A DNA stretch of 64,000 nt from an uncultured virus (IMG/VR IMGVR_UViG_3300050505_000328) (lineage: Duplodnaviria > Heunggongvirae > Uroviricota > Caudoviricetes), in the IMG/VR virus record IMGVR_UViG_3300050505_000328; one strand, 5' to 3'. Positions 1-8,692 of the stretch are shown here, in pieces; the first letter of the stretch is position 1; each line of letters begins with the position of its first letter. The notes beneath the pieces are model-generated. The model was not told where the DNA came from and made no database searches. It saw only the letters and a list, made by a program, of their open reading frames with translations. The translations under genes and the position numbers were made by a program.

Positions 1-1
1 C

Positions 2-301
2 ATCGCGCGCGCCGCGCGCTGGTGCGCGTGGGCGTTCAAGTCAGGCTACTCGACGGTCGCGGATTGGATCGTGCTCGCGAGCCAGCTCGACGAGTCGTAC
101 CGCGAGCAGGGCCTGCGCGCGGACTGCTCGCTCATCAAGCGCTGCGACGAGGTCTGGCTCGTGGGCGGTCGCATCTCCGACGGGATGCGCATCGAGGCCG
201 CGGCGGCCAAGCTCGTCGGCGTGCCCGTGAAGGACCTGACCTCGCTCGGCGAGGAACCGCCGGAAGAACTGATCAGTTCTCTGCAATGGGTGGCGCCGTG
301 A
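2..301 (+). CDS. 5'-truncated DUF4406 / nucleoside-deoxyribosyltransferase-like protein
   Basis: Frame open from base 2; 'LIKRCDEVWLVGGRISDGMRIE' fits the family C-terminal motif; stop overlaps the next GTG (GTGA). Confidence 0.6.
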   Translation: MARAARWCAWAFKSGYSTVADWIVLASQLDESYREQGLRADCSLIKRCDEVWLVGGRISDGMRIEAAAAKLVGVPVKDLTSLGEEPPEELISSLQWVAP

Positions 302-813
302 CCGAACTGAAGTGCGAGCGGTGCGGAGAGCCGGCGACCCACCACACGATCGACGGGATCGACAGCAAGTTGATCTGCGCGGACTATCCCGGCTGCAACC
401 TGATGCGCCGCGCCGCAGTAGCGTACGTCACCCGCGAAGACGGGCGCATGCTCGTCGTCTGGAACAAGCGCTACGGCGGCTGGACGATGCCGGGCGGTCT
501 CGTCGAGGAGGGTGAGACTCCGGGCGTGGCGTGCGCGCGCGAACTTCAAGAGGAGACCGGCTTGGTCTCGTTCACGTACAAGCAGATCTATGAAGCGCCG
601 ACTGAGCCGCACTTCAACGACGGGCGCGGCACGTACTGTCTCGTGTTCCGCGTGCAGACGAGGAAGTTTGACGCGGTCGGCGACGACGAGCACCCGCGCG
701 AGTGCGAGCTCGGCTGCCCAGTGACCTGGTTCACGCGCGAGGAGTTCCTGAGGTGGTGCCCGTTCGCGAAGTTCTACGAGAAGATGTTCGCAGCGTTGGA
801 GAGCACGACTTGA
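298..813 (+). CDS. NUDIX hydrolase with N-terminal Cys-rich (Zn-binding-like) segment
   Basis: NUDIX box GGLVEEGETPGVACARELQEETG; GTG start overlaps the upstream stop. Confidence 0.85.
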   Translation: MTELKCERCGEPATHHTIDGIDSKLICADYPGCNLMRRAAVAYVTREDGRMLVVWNKRYGGWTMPGGLVEEGETPGVACARELQEETGLVSFTYKQIYEAPTEPHFNDGRGTYCLVFRVQTRKFDAVGDDEHPRECELGCPVTWFTREEFLRWCPFAKFYEKMFAALESTT

Positions 814-887
814 CCGACTACGACAGCAGGTGCGACGCGCGCATGCGCGCGAAGCTGTCGCCCATGGAGTACGAGAAGGAGGAGACC

Positions 888-1199
888 ATGCGACCCAAAC
901 AAGTGGCCATCATCGGTTCGAGCAAGTTCAAGTTGCAGCAGCTCGGAGTGGCGCAGCGCGAGACGCTGCGCGGGAAGATCGTCCTGCTGCCCGGCTTCTG
1001 GCACCACGTCGACATGGTGCCGATCAGCGACGAGCAGAAGGCGATGATCGACGATCTCACGCTCAAGAAGATCGAGCAGGCCGACGAGGTGATCGTCGTG
1101 AACGTGAACACGTACGTCGGTCAGTCCACGCGACGCGGCATCGAGCACGCGAAGAAGCTGGACAAGCCGATCACCTACCTCGAGCCGCCGCGCGAGTGA
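888..1199 (+). CDS. DUF4406 / nucleoside-deoxyribosyltransferase-like protein
   Basis: 'IIGSSKF...KKIEQADEVIVVN...YVGQSTRRGIEHAKKLDKPI'; AAGGAGGAG RBS; alternative TTG start at 810. Confidence 0.6.
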   Translation: MRPKQVAIIGSSKFKLQQLGVAQRETLRGKIVLLPGFWHHVDMVPISDEQKAMIDDLTLKKIEQADEVIVVNVNTYVGQSTRRGIEHAKKLDKPITYLEPPRE

Positions 1200-1203
1200 C
1201 CTG

Positions 1204-1593
1204 ATGTGGACGCCCGAACTCCGCAAAGAAGTCGTCGAGCTGTTCGACGAGGCGCAGCGCCTGAACCTGAAGCGCAACCACGCCGGTTGGTTGAGCAAGA
1301 CGCAGGGCCTGTCGATGTACCGGAGCCCGAACGGGTTGAGGGGGACGATCGACGGGCTTACCGTGCTGCAGTTCGCGTTCTTGGTGGAGCTCGCGAGCGA
1401 CGGCCGGGTCTCGAGGGCCGTGCGCAGAATGTGCCTCGGCTACCGCTCCGGCTCAAAAGTCGCGAATGCCCTCATGCGGGAGGGGTACGTCCGACTCGAT
1501 CACGGAAGGCTCGGGTGCTCGCAGCTTTTTGCGACTTTGACCGTGAAAGGTTGGGACTTCATCGCCGCCCTGCCCGACCCCGCCGACAACTGA
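1204..1593 (+). CDS. Hypothetical protein, possible winged-helix DNA-binding C-terminus
   Basis: 'VANALMREGYVR...LTVKGW' resembles a MarR-type wHTH. Confidence 0.45.
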   Translation: MWTPELRKEVVELFDEAQRLNLKRNHAGWLSKTQGLSMYRSPNGLRGTIDGLTVLQFAFLVELASDGRVSRAVRRMCLGYRSGSKVANALMREGYVRLDHGRLGCSQLFATLTVKGWDFIAALPDPADN

Positions 1594-1681
1594 AACTTGA
1601 CTGGGGCCGGCCAGTGCTTGCATATTCCTCCGTGTCACCACCTGGGCACACGAGTGTCAGGCAGTGCGCGGAGGAAACGGC

Positions 1682-2152
1682 ATGAAGATCATCGAGTCGC
1701 TCGAACTCTCGAACGGCAACGTCATCCGGTCGGGCGACAAGCTGCGCGACGCCGAGGGCAAGGAGGTGCACGTTCGCCTGAGCAAGGAGGACCCGGCCAG
1801 CTACCCGGTGCTCCTGTCGGTCATCTGCTTCGTGCCCCAGCTCGAGATCACGGACGATGACGACGACATCCAGTCGACGCCGGCGCACTACCAGTTGCTC
1901 TACTGGATCATCCTGCCGAAGAAGCAGGACGCCCCCGACGGCACCTTCAACGGCCTGCCGTTCGGCACGGTCGAGGTCGTGTGGTTGAAGGACGTCACGC
2001 GCGTCCGCGAGACGTGGATCAAGGAAGACGTCGCGGTCGCGACCGCGGAGTGGTTCAACAGCGAGAACGACGAACCGGACGAAGAAGAGCAGGCGGCCCA
2101 GCCACCCAACGGTTCCCAAGTGGACCCGCCAGTGCAGTCCGCTACGACCTGA
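1682..2152 (+). CDS. Hypothetical protein with acidic tail
   Basis: GGAGG RBS; typical codon usage. Confidence 0.6.
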   Translation: MKIIESLELSNGNVIRSGDKLRDAEGKEVHVRLSKEDPASYPVLLSVICFVPQLEITDDDDDIQSTPAHYQLLYWIILPKKQDAPDGTFNGLPFGTVEVVWLKDVTRVRETWIKEDVAVATAEWFNSENDEPDEEEQAAQPPNGSQVDPPVQSATT

Positions 2153-2158
2153 GGCGAG

Positions 2159-2389
2159 ATGTCCGAGGACGAGAGCCCCGCCAAGAAGACTCGACTGGTG
2201 GTCTATTTGAAGACCGAGCAGTATGAGAGGGTCGACGTGGTGAGCAAGCAACTAGGTGTCCCGTACTCCTCGATCGTCGCGCAGGCTCTGCACGAGTGGC
2301 TAAGCAAGGACCCGGTGTTTCGTTCGTTGAACGATCCTGAGCCGGCAGCGAAGAAGAGGAACGGCAAGAGCAAAGAGCAGGAGACCTGA
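2159..2389 (+). CDS. Ribbon-helix-helix (CopG/Arc-like) DNA-binding protein
   Basis: 'RLVVYLKTEQYERVDVVSKQLGVPYSSIVAQALHEWL' strand-helix-helix pattern. Confidence 0.65.
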   Translation: MSEDESPAKKTRLVVYLKTEQYERVDVVSKQLGVPYSSIVAQALHEWLSKDPVFRSLNDPEPAAKKRNGKSKEQET

Positions 2390-2712
2390 TGTCCTTCCAA
2401 GCCGTACTCAGCTACACGTGCCTCGTCGGATACCAACCGATTAACAAGACGCGCCTGCGCGTGTTGAACACGCAACTCGAGGTCGCCGCGACTGCCCAAG
2501 CGCTGGGCTTCGACGTCACCGGAAGTTCGACGACGGCCGTCGGCTCGACCATCGTGAGGGAGATCACGCTCACGACCAACGCGCTTGGTAACCGACTCTG
2601 GTACACGGCGGCGCAGGTCGAGGCGATCGTGACCAAGCTCTTCCGGGGCGCTCTGAACATGAAGGTACCGAGTTTCGTGAGCGCGGCGACGCCGGTCGTC
2701 ACCGCGGTCTGA
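2389..2712 (+). CDS. Hypothetical protein
   Basis: TGATG coupling; AGGAG RBS. Confidence 0.6.
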   Translation: MSFQAVLSYTCLVGYQPINKTRLRVLNTQLEVAATAQALGFDVTGSSTTAVGSTIVREITLTTNALGNRLWYTAAQVEAIVTKLFRGALNMKVPSFVSAATPVVTAV

Positions 2713-2717
2713 ATGAC

Positions 2718-4322
2718 ATGGCCGACGAAGAGAAACAGAAGCCGAAGAAGAAACGGGAGAAGACTCCTACGAGGCGGGCCGACATCAAGCCGGGACCGAT
2801 GTACCCGCCTGGAACTCCGGTAAATCCGCAGACAGGACTCCCGTACTCGAACGTTCCGATCGACCCGAGCGTCGCGAACAACATCGGCTACGATCCAGAG
2901 AGTGCGCGACTGAACCAGGTGATGAACCACGTGGCAAAAAGAAAAGCAGCAGGCGATACGAACATTCGATTCGACGCTCCGGACCCGCACAAGTACGAGA
3001 TGGCGGCGCGCGAGAATCCCGGGGCGTACGTGCGCTTCCAGCAGATCGAGCCCGTCACGGACGACCGCGTCCCGACGAAGGCCGTCGCGGCGATCGACAC
3101 TTGGCCGAAGATGGTCGACCACCTGGCGAACAACCACTGGAGGGGCGCTCGGGCGGTCTACAAGTGGTGGATCTGCGACAGCACGAACTATCAGAAAGCC
3201 ACCGGCAAGGTGAACTTCGCCGAGCGCGAGGAGGTTGACGACGTGTCGAACCAGAATCAACCGCCTCCCGGTTACGGGTACCCGGGTTACGGCCCGATGA
3301 TGCCGAACCCGATGCAGGGCCCACCGCCGCAGCAGGGTTGGCCGCAGCAGCAACCGCCGCCGTGGGGCTACGGCATGCCGCAGCAGATGATGCCGCAGAT
3401 GATGCCGATGCCGTACCCGATGCCGATGCCGATGCCGATGCCGATGCAGCAGCCTCAGCAAGCGCAACCGCCGCCAGCACCTCAGCCGCAGGCACCGCAG
3501 ATGCCGCAGATGCCGCAGATGCCTTACCCGATGGCGCCCGGCATGATGGACCCGAACGTGGTCGCGATGCTCATGCAGCTCACGCGCGAGAACGCGAGCT
3601 TGATCGAGGAGGTCAAGCGCGCGGCGCAGCAGCCGCAGCAGGCGCAGCCGCAGATCCCGCCGCACCTCCTGCCGTTCCTGCCCTACATGATGAGCATGTA
3701 CCAGAACCCGTACATGGGGATGATGTACCCGGGTTACGGCCAGCAGCAGCAACCGCCCCCTCCGAAGCCGGAGGAGAAGAAGCCTGACCCGCCGTCGCCA
3801 ATCGAGCAGTTTCAATCGACGCTCGCGATGGCCTCCGAGATGGCAAGCCTCGGTCGTCGCTACGTGAAGACGTTCGCGCCTCCCGAGCGCGAAGAACCAG
3901 AGCCGCCGACGAAGGACGAGGAGAACGTCCTGCCGCACGTGATCAAGGAGCTCCCGCACATGCGCGCGGTCTTCGACAAGGCCACCGGCTCGCCGGTCGA
4001 CGCGGTCACGATGGCCATGTACAACGGCGACAAGCTCGCCGAGGCCGGGCGCGGCATCCTGAAAGAGGCGCGCGGGATCGTCAAAGAGTTCCGAGAGGAG
4101 CGCAACACGATGGTGCAGCAGCGCCGCGAGACGCAGCGGGAGCAGGCGGAGGCCGAGGAGGCCGCGCTACAGCGCGCCGAACGCTTCGTGCAGCTGTCGA
4201 AGCAGATGACTCCCGAGATGCAGCAGGCGATGAGCCAGCAGCAGCCCCCGCCGCAGGTCGCCGCGACGAACCCGCAGTCGAACGTCTCCGTCGTAGGACC
4301 GAACGGCGGACCCGTCTCCTAA
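2718..4322 (+). CDS. Pro/Gln/Met-rich low-complexity protein with C-terminal coiled coil
   Basis: 534 aa; long central P/Q/M/G/Y tract; charged helical C-terminal part. Confidence 0.75.
   Translation: MADEEKQKPKKKREKTPTRRADIKPGPMYPPGTPVNPQTGLPYSNVPIDPSVANNIGYDPESARLNQVMNHVAKRKAAGDTNIRFDAPDPHKYEMAARENPGAYVRFQQIEPVTDDRVPTKAVAAIDTWPKMVDHLANNHWRGARAVYKWWICDSTNYQKATGKVNFAEREEVDDVSNQNQPPPGYGYPGYGPMMPNPMQGPPPQQGWPQQQPPPWGYGMPQQMMPQMMPMPYPMPMPMPMPMQQPQQAQPPPAPQPQAPQMPQMPQMPYPMAPGMMDPNVVAMLMQLTRENASLIEEVKRAAQQPQQAQPQIPPHLLPFLPYMMSMYQNPYMGMMYPGYGQQQQPPPPKPEEKKPDPPSPIEQFQSTLAMASEMASLGRRYVKTFAPPEREEPEPPTKDEENVLPHVIKELPHMRAVFDKATGSPVDAVTMAMYNGDKLAEAGRGILKEARGIVKEFREERNTMVQQRRETQREQAEAEEAALQRAERFVQLSKQMTPEMQQAMSQQQPPPQVAATNPQSNVSVVGPNGGPVS
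3375..3530 (+). repeat. Coding tandem repeats (ATGCCG)n and (CAGATGCCG)n
   Basis: (ATGCCG)4 at 3420-3443 plus PQM triplet repeats near 3496-3523. Confidence 0.8.
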
Positions 4323-4377
4323 TTCACAACTGTGCCTAAAAGTGCACGCGCCGAGCGGTGAGCGGAAACGCGACACG

Positions 4378-4407
4378 TTGCAGGCGGGAGAGAGGCGAGG
4401 GCATACT
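4378..4407 (+). promoter_or_regulatory. Putative sigma70-type (near-)leaderless promoter for the transglutaminase-like gene
   Basis: TTGCAG-18-CATACT-8-ATG(4416), same spacing as the promoter at 24500. Confidence 0.4.
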
Positions 4408-4415
4408 GACTCGCG

Positions 4416-5336
4416 ATGCCGCCGCGCCCGTTCGTCTCCGACGTGAGGTCGCACCCGTACGGAGAGCAGGGTACGCGCACCTCGCTCGACCGCGTGGCCG
4501 AGTTCGTCGCGGAGGGAATGAGCAACGCCTACGTGCGGAGCTGGGCGATCGACCGCCTCGACGAGGCGAGGAACCTGGGGCAGGCCGTCGACTCGCCGTC
4601 GGCGCGGGCGCGCGTGATCTTGAAGGCCGCGCAGACCAAGCTCTGGGTGCCTGACCCGATCAACGCGGAATACATCCCCAAGGCGCATCTACTCGCTTGC
4701 GACCCGGCGAAGCCCCACCACGACGAGCTCGGCAACGAGATCCCGTGCCTGAAGGGCGACGACTGCGACGGACTGCTCGTGCTCTGCGCGTCGGCGTTCG
4801 GTTCCGTCGGAATGCACGTGGCGATCGTAGGTCACGGGTACGGCGGCGACGTCATCGAGCACGTGCTCTGCGTCGTCTGGTTCAACGACAAGTGGAACTA
4901 CGCGGACCCGAGCCTGTCCGAGCTCCGACTCGGTGAGTGCGTGCCGTTCCAGCGCGAGCGTGTCGTCAGCGTGCCGAACATCAAGGTGCTGTGCGACGCG
5001 CACGCCTGCTTCAGCGGCGCGCAGACACAGTTCAATCCCGAACAGCACAACTTCGTCGACCGCGGGATCTTCGTCGGCGTCGGAGCCCCGCCTACCAGCA
5101 CCGCGGGGCTCACCACCAGGGTGATCTGGGAGACGAAACCGAAGCCGGTCGTCTGGACCAAGCCTCGCATGCAGTGGCTGGGGCAGACGCAGACCGAGCA
5201 GGAGCGCGAGGCAGCGCAGAAGAGCGAGCACTTCACGACGCTCGAGAAGATCTTGATCGGGGGACTCGCGATCAGCGCGGCGACGCTCGGTCTGAACCTC
5301 TACGATCGCATGTCGAAGATGAGGACTACCCAATGA
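4416..5336 (+). CDS. Transglutaminase-like (papain-fold) Cys-His-Asp enzyme with C-terminal TM anchor
   Basis: GDDCDG (Cys), EHVL (His), WNYADPS (Asp); then VVWTKPRMQWLGQ tag and a hydrophobic helix. Confidence 0.8.
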   Translation: MPPRPFVSDVRSHPYGEQGTRTSLDRVAEFVAEGMSNAYVRSWAIDRLDEARNLGQAVDSPSARARVILKAAQTKLWVPDPINAEYIPKAHLLACDPAKPHHDELGNEIPCLKGDDCDGLLVLCASAFGSVGMHVAIVGHGYGGDVIEHVLCVVWFNDKWNYADPSLSELRLGECVPFQRERVVSVPNIKVLCDAHACFSGAQTQFNPEQHNFVDRGIFVGVGAPPTSTAGLTTRVIWETKPKPVVWTKPRMQWLGQTQTEQEREAAQKSEHFTTLEKILIGGLAISAATLGLNLYDRMSKMRTTQ

Positions 5337-6202
5337 CGACGACGAAATGGGCTAACCCGCTGCAGATCCCCGTCGCGCTGAAGCGCATGCTCGGGCAACC
5401 GGCGGACCCGAACCTGGACGCTTGGACCGCGCTCATCACCGCGCTGCGCGACAGCACGCAGGCGTCGCGCGACGCCATGGTGAAGTCCTATCTCGGACTG
5501 AAGAAGGTGCGCGAGGACCTCGGGCTGCCGTTCATGTCCGGCACCGGCGGCGAGGGCGGCGCAGTCGATCCAGGAGCTTGGGGTCCTGACCTCGACCAGC
5601 AGGCAGTGGACCTGGTCGCGATGGGCAAGATCGCGGTCGACGGCGCGAGCGACGTGCTCGCGAACAAGCGCAAGTTGATCTACAGCAATCAGCTTCAAGA
5701 TTTCGTGGTCGAGGCGTTGCCGACCGACGCGATGCGCGTGGGCGTGGTGGGCGGCAAGCCCGTGCTCCTCGACGCGACGTCGGGCAACACCGCGCACGGT
5801 TCAGGAACAGTCGGCATCCTGCCGCTCCTCATCGCCGGCGGCATCGTCGGTAACGGGCTCATCGCGCTCGCCGCGTACGGGATCGTCAAGGAGTCGTTCG
5901 CGCTCGCGTCAACGGTCTCCACGAACAAGATGCTGCGCACGCTCTCGAACAATCAGACGGAGCTCGTGACGAGCGGCAAGGCCACGCCCGAGCAGGCTGC
6001 CGCGCAGACGAAGGCCCTGCTCGACGGCGCTGAGTCGGTGAAGCTCGCCGCCGCCGCGGAGAAGAACGCCGGAGCGCCGGCGGTCAACGACTACACGAAG
6101 CTCATCGCGACGGTCGGCATCATCGGCCTGGTCGGGTTCGGCCTCTACCTCGTGGGCTCGTCGATGTCGATGAAGCGCGCGCTAGCCTCGGCGACACCCT
6201 GA
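5333..6202 (+). CDS. Putative virion membrane protein (2 TM)
   Basis: ATGA coupling; N-terminal TKWANP...MLGQ; two hydrophobic helices. Confidence 0.7.
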   Translation: MTTTKWANPLQIPVALKRMLGQPADPNLDAWTALITALRDSTQASRDAMVKSYLGLKKVREDLGLPFMSGTGGEGGAVDPGAWGPDLDQQAVDLVAMGKIAVDGASDVLANKRKLIYSNQLQDFVVEALPTDAMRVGVVGGKPVLLDATSGNTAHGSGTVGILPLLIAGGIVGNGLIALAAYGIVKESFALASTVSTNKMLRTLSNNQTELVTSGKATPEQAAAQTKALLDGAESVKLAAAAEKNAGAPAVNDYTKLIATVGIIGLVGFGLYLVGSSMSMKRALASATP

Positions 6203-6744
6203 TGACGTCCCGAATTGCACAAGCGACAGTCTGCAACACCGGCTACTGCAAGACCGGCTCGCTGCTCGTGCGCTCGACCCACCTCGAGTTCGTGAGCGTC
6301 GAGCAAGTGAGGCGCGTCGGCAGGCATAAACTCGACTACTACGGGATGCCGAGCGACATCAAGATTCCGCCGGAATTCGTGCTGGTTCACGACACGGAGG
6401 GGCGCCTGCTCAGTCGCTGCGACATGCACATCGTTCGCGACAAGCGCGGGCGCACGTCGCGTGCACAAGTGTCACCAGTTGTGCTGCAGGACGCGCGCGT
6501 GTACTTCGGCAACGGTCAGCCCTTGCCGATCGGTCGTATCGACATTCCAAAAGGCTCGTGGCATCGTGTCGGCAAGGTCGCTTTCATTCGCTACCGACGC
6601 GCGGGACATGCACGAGGGTTTTACGAGCACGAGTTCTCTCATCCGGTTGACCTGTTGGTCACCGGTCAAGGGACACCACTCGCGTGGCGCATGCCGCTCC
6701 CGTCAGGATGCGTCGTTGACAGCCGAGGCTTTGTTTCGCCATGA
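6202..6744 (+). CDS. Hypothetical protein
   Basis: Coupled on both sides (TGATG, ATGA). Confidence 0.6.
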   Translation: MTSRIAQATVCNTGYCKTGSLLVRSTHLEFVSVEQVRRVGRHKLDYYGMPSDIKIPPEFVLVHDTEGRLLSRCDMHIVRDKRGRTSRAQVSPVVLQDARVYFGNGQPLPIGRIDIPKGSWHRVGKVAFIRYRRAGHARGFYEHEFSHPVDLLVTGQGTPLAWRMPLPSGCVVDSRGFVSP

Positions 6745-8600
6745 TGCACGAGCCGACCAAGACCGCGCTGCGTTTTCAGAAACGTCTCGCCGACTACTTG
6801 AAGAAAAAAACTCCGCGTGCGTCGCACGCGCCTGTGATTGAGGAGAACCCGGTGGCCAAAGTGTTGAAGGACAATCCCCGGAAGAAGAAGCGCTCAGCGG
6901 CGCAGATCGCGGCGTTCAAGAAGATGCGTTCGGCGCTCAAGAGCAAGTACGGCACGTCGAACATCGGCAAGATCTCGAAGATGAAGAAACGACCGGCACG
7001 CCGGCAAGAGTTGACCGCGAACCCCAAACTTTCAGAGAATCGTGGCCGGGGTCACCGGTACGAGGAGAATGAGGAGCAAGAACAAATGGCACTTTCGGAA
7101 AACCCCTCCAAGAAGCGCAAGCGTAAGGGCAAGAAGGGCAAGCGGAAGGCCAAGCGCAGGGCTAAGCGGTCTCGTCGCATGACTCCGCTCATGGCCATGG
7201 CTATGGGAGCGGGCGGCGCGAAACGCCGCCGGAAGCGCAAGCACACGAAGAAGGCGAAACGGCGCAGTCACGGCAAGAAGCGCAGCCACGCGAAGAAGCG
7301 TCGTCGCAGCCGTCGCTCGACCGTCGCCAAGACTCACATCGTTCGTCTCCCCGCGGCCAAGGCCGCCCAGGTGCAGGTCGTCGAGGTCACTCGACGCCGC
7401 CGGCACAAGCGGAAGGGCGGGGGTCGCCGGCGCATGATGCAGGAGAACCCCATCGGGCTCGGACTCGTGTCGGGTCACGCTCCGGTGCTCTACGAGAACG
7501 CCGACGGAGCATTCAGCATGAGCTCGATCCGGGCGTACGGCGTCGCGGCCATCGCGGTGTTCATCGGCCTCACGGCCGCTGACGTCGCCGACCGCCTCGT
7601 CGCGACGCGCAAGCCGAAGGACGGGACGAACCCGTACTACGGCAAGGACGCGGCGGCAGCCTACCGCATGAAGCCGGACGCTTGGCGCCTCGCCACGCAG
7701 CTCGGTGGAGCCGCGGCTGGCATGGCCGGCACGTACTTCACGCGCGGCCGCGGGCTCATCCCGTGGGTGCTCGGCGGCGTCGCCGTCGGCTTCGGCGCGA
7801 ACGGCCTGAAGATGCTCTGGGACTGGTACGCAGCCCCGGCGATCTTCAAGGTCAACGCGGCGGACGCGGGCAAGGCCACTTTCGGAAACCGCGCCTACCC
7901 GATGGAGCAGGCGTACATCCAGGAGAACGTCGCGAAGCTCTTCGCCACGCGCCCCTTCATCCCGCAGCTCGCTCCGGGCCAGCAGACTCCGCCCGTCATC
8001 CAGTCGCCGATGGGCGCCGGTGGCGGATCGATCTACCAGCTCGGCGACGCGAACGGCGTCGGCCGTCCGGGTCAGCAAGCTCGCACGTTCGTCAACACCG
8101 GTCGCTTGGGCAACTGCACGGAGTGCGGTGGCTTCAACGGCTGCTACTCGAACTGCGAGACGCTCTGCCCGAACTGCGCCAAGTACAACAACAACACCGA
8201 GTGTCGTCACGTCGTCCAGGCGGGCGAGGACCTCAGCGCTCTCGCGGCTGCTGGAGGCGTCAGCATCGACGCCATCAGCGCCATGAACGGCGGCGGGGAC
8301 CCGAGCTCGTACTGGCAACCCGGCAACGCGGTCATGCTCCCCTACGGAGTGTGCCTCGTGATCGAGAAGCAACCGCCGACTGGCGTCCCGGTGACGAACG
8401 CGCTGCCTCCGCCCGGATACTCGGGCGTGCAGCCGCTCATGCCGGGTGCCGGTCCCGTGCCGGTCGAGGTGTTCACCGACGTGCAGCCGACTGTCCCGCA
8501 GGCGGCACCGCCCGCGGTCATCGCCGGAGCTCGCTCGAACGGCAACATGGACGACATGACGCGCCGGTCGCTGGAGTTCTCCGGAGCGAATCGCCAGTAA
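6741..8600 (+). CDS. K/R-rich putative nucleic-acid-binding membrane protein with ENP repeats, Cys cluster and LysM domain
   Basis: Very basic N-terminal ~250 aa with ~8 xxENP-like motifs; up to three hydrophobic helices; CxxC cluster; LysM-like HVVQAGEDLSALA...VSIDAISAMN...QPGNAVMLP. Confidence 0.75.
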   Translation: MMHEPTKTALRFQKRLADYLKKKTPRASHAPVIEENPVAKVLKDNPRKKKRSAAQIAAFKKMRSALKSKYGTSNIGKISKMKKRPARRQELTANPKLSENRGRGHRYEENEEQEQMALSENPSKKRKRKGKKGKRKAKRRAKRSRRMTPLMAMAMGAGGAKRRRKRKHTKKAKRRSHGKKRSHAKKRRRSRRSTVAKTHIVRLPAAKAAQVQVVEVTRRRRHKRKGGGRRRMMQENPIGLGLVSGHAPVLYENADGAFSMSSIRAYGVAAIAVFIGLTAADVADRLVATRKPKDGTNPYYGKDAAAAYRMKPDAWRLATQLGGAAAGMAGTYFTRGRGLIPWVLGGVAVGFGANGLKMLWDWYAAPAIFKVNAADAGKATFGNRAYPMEQAYIQENVAKLFATRPFIPQLAPGQQTPPVIQSPMGAGGGSIYQLGDANGVGRPGQQARTFVNTGRLGNCTECGGFNGCYSNCETLCPNCAKYNNNTECRHVVQAGEDLSALAAAGGVSIDAISAMNGGGDPSSYWQPGNAVMLPYGVCLVIEKQPPTGVPVTNALPPPGYSGVQPLMPGAGPVPVEVFTDVQPTVPQAAPPAVIAGARSNGNMDDMTRRSLEFSGANRQ

Positions 8601-8692
8601 ACCACGACAGAAAAAACTAACCCCGAAACCAAAGTTTGTTTGAGCGGCCGGAGCGGATGACCCGCGGTCGGTCGGAAGGAAAAAGAGAGAAC

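Noticed and set aside
6801..6810. A-run AAGAAAAAAA as a programmed frameshift
   Set aside because: Explained by Lys codons; the ORF is intact and no alternative-frame product is evident
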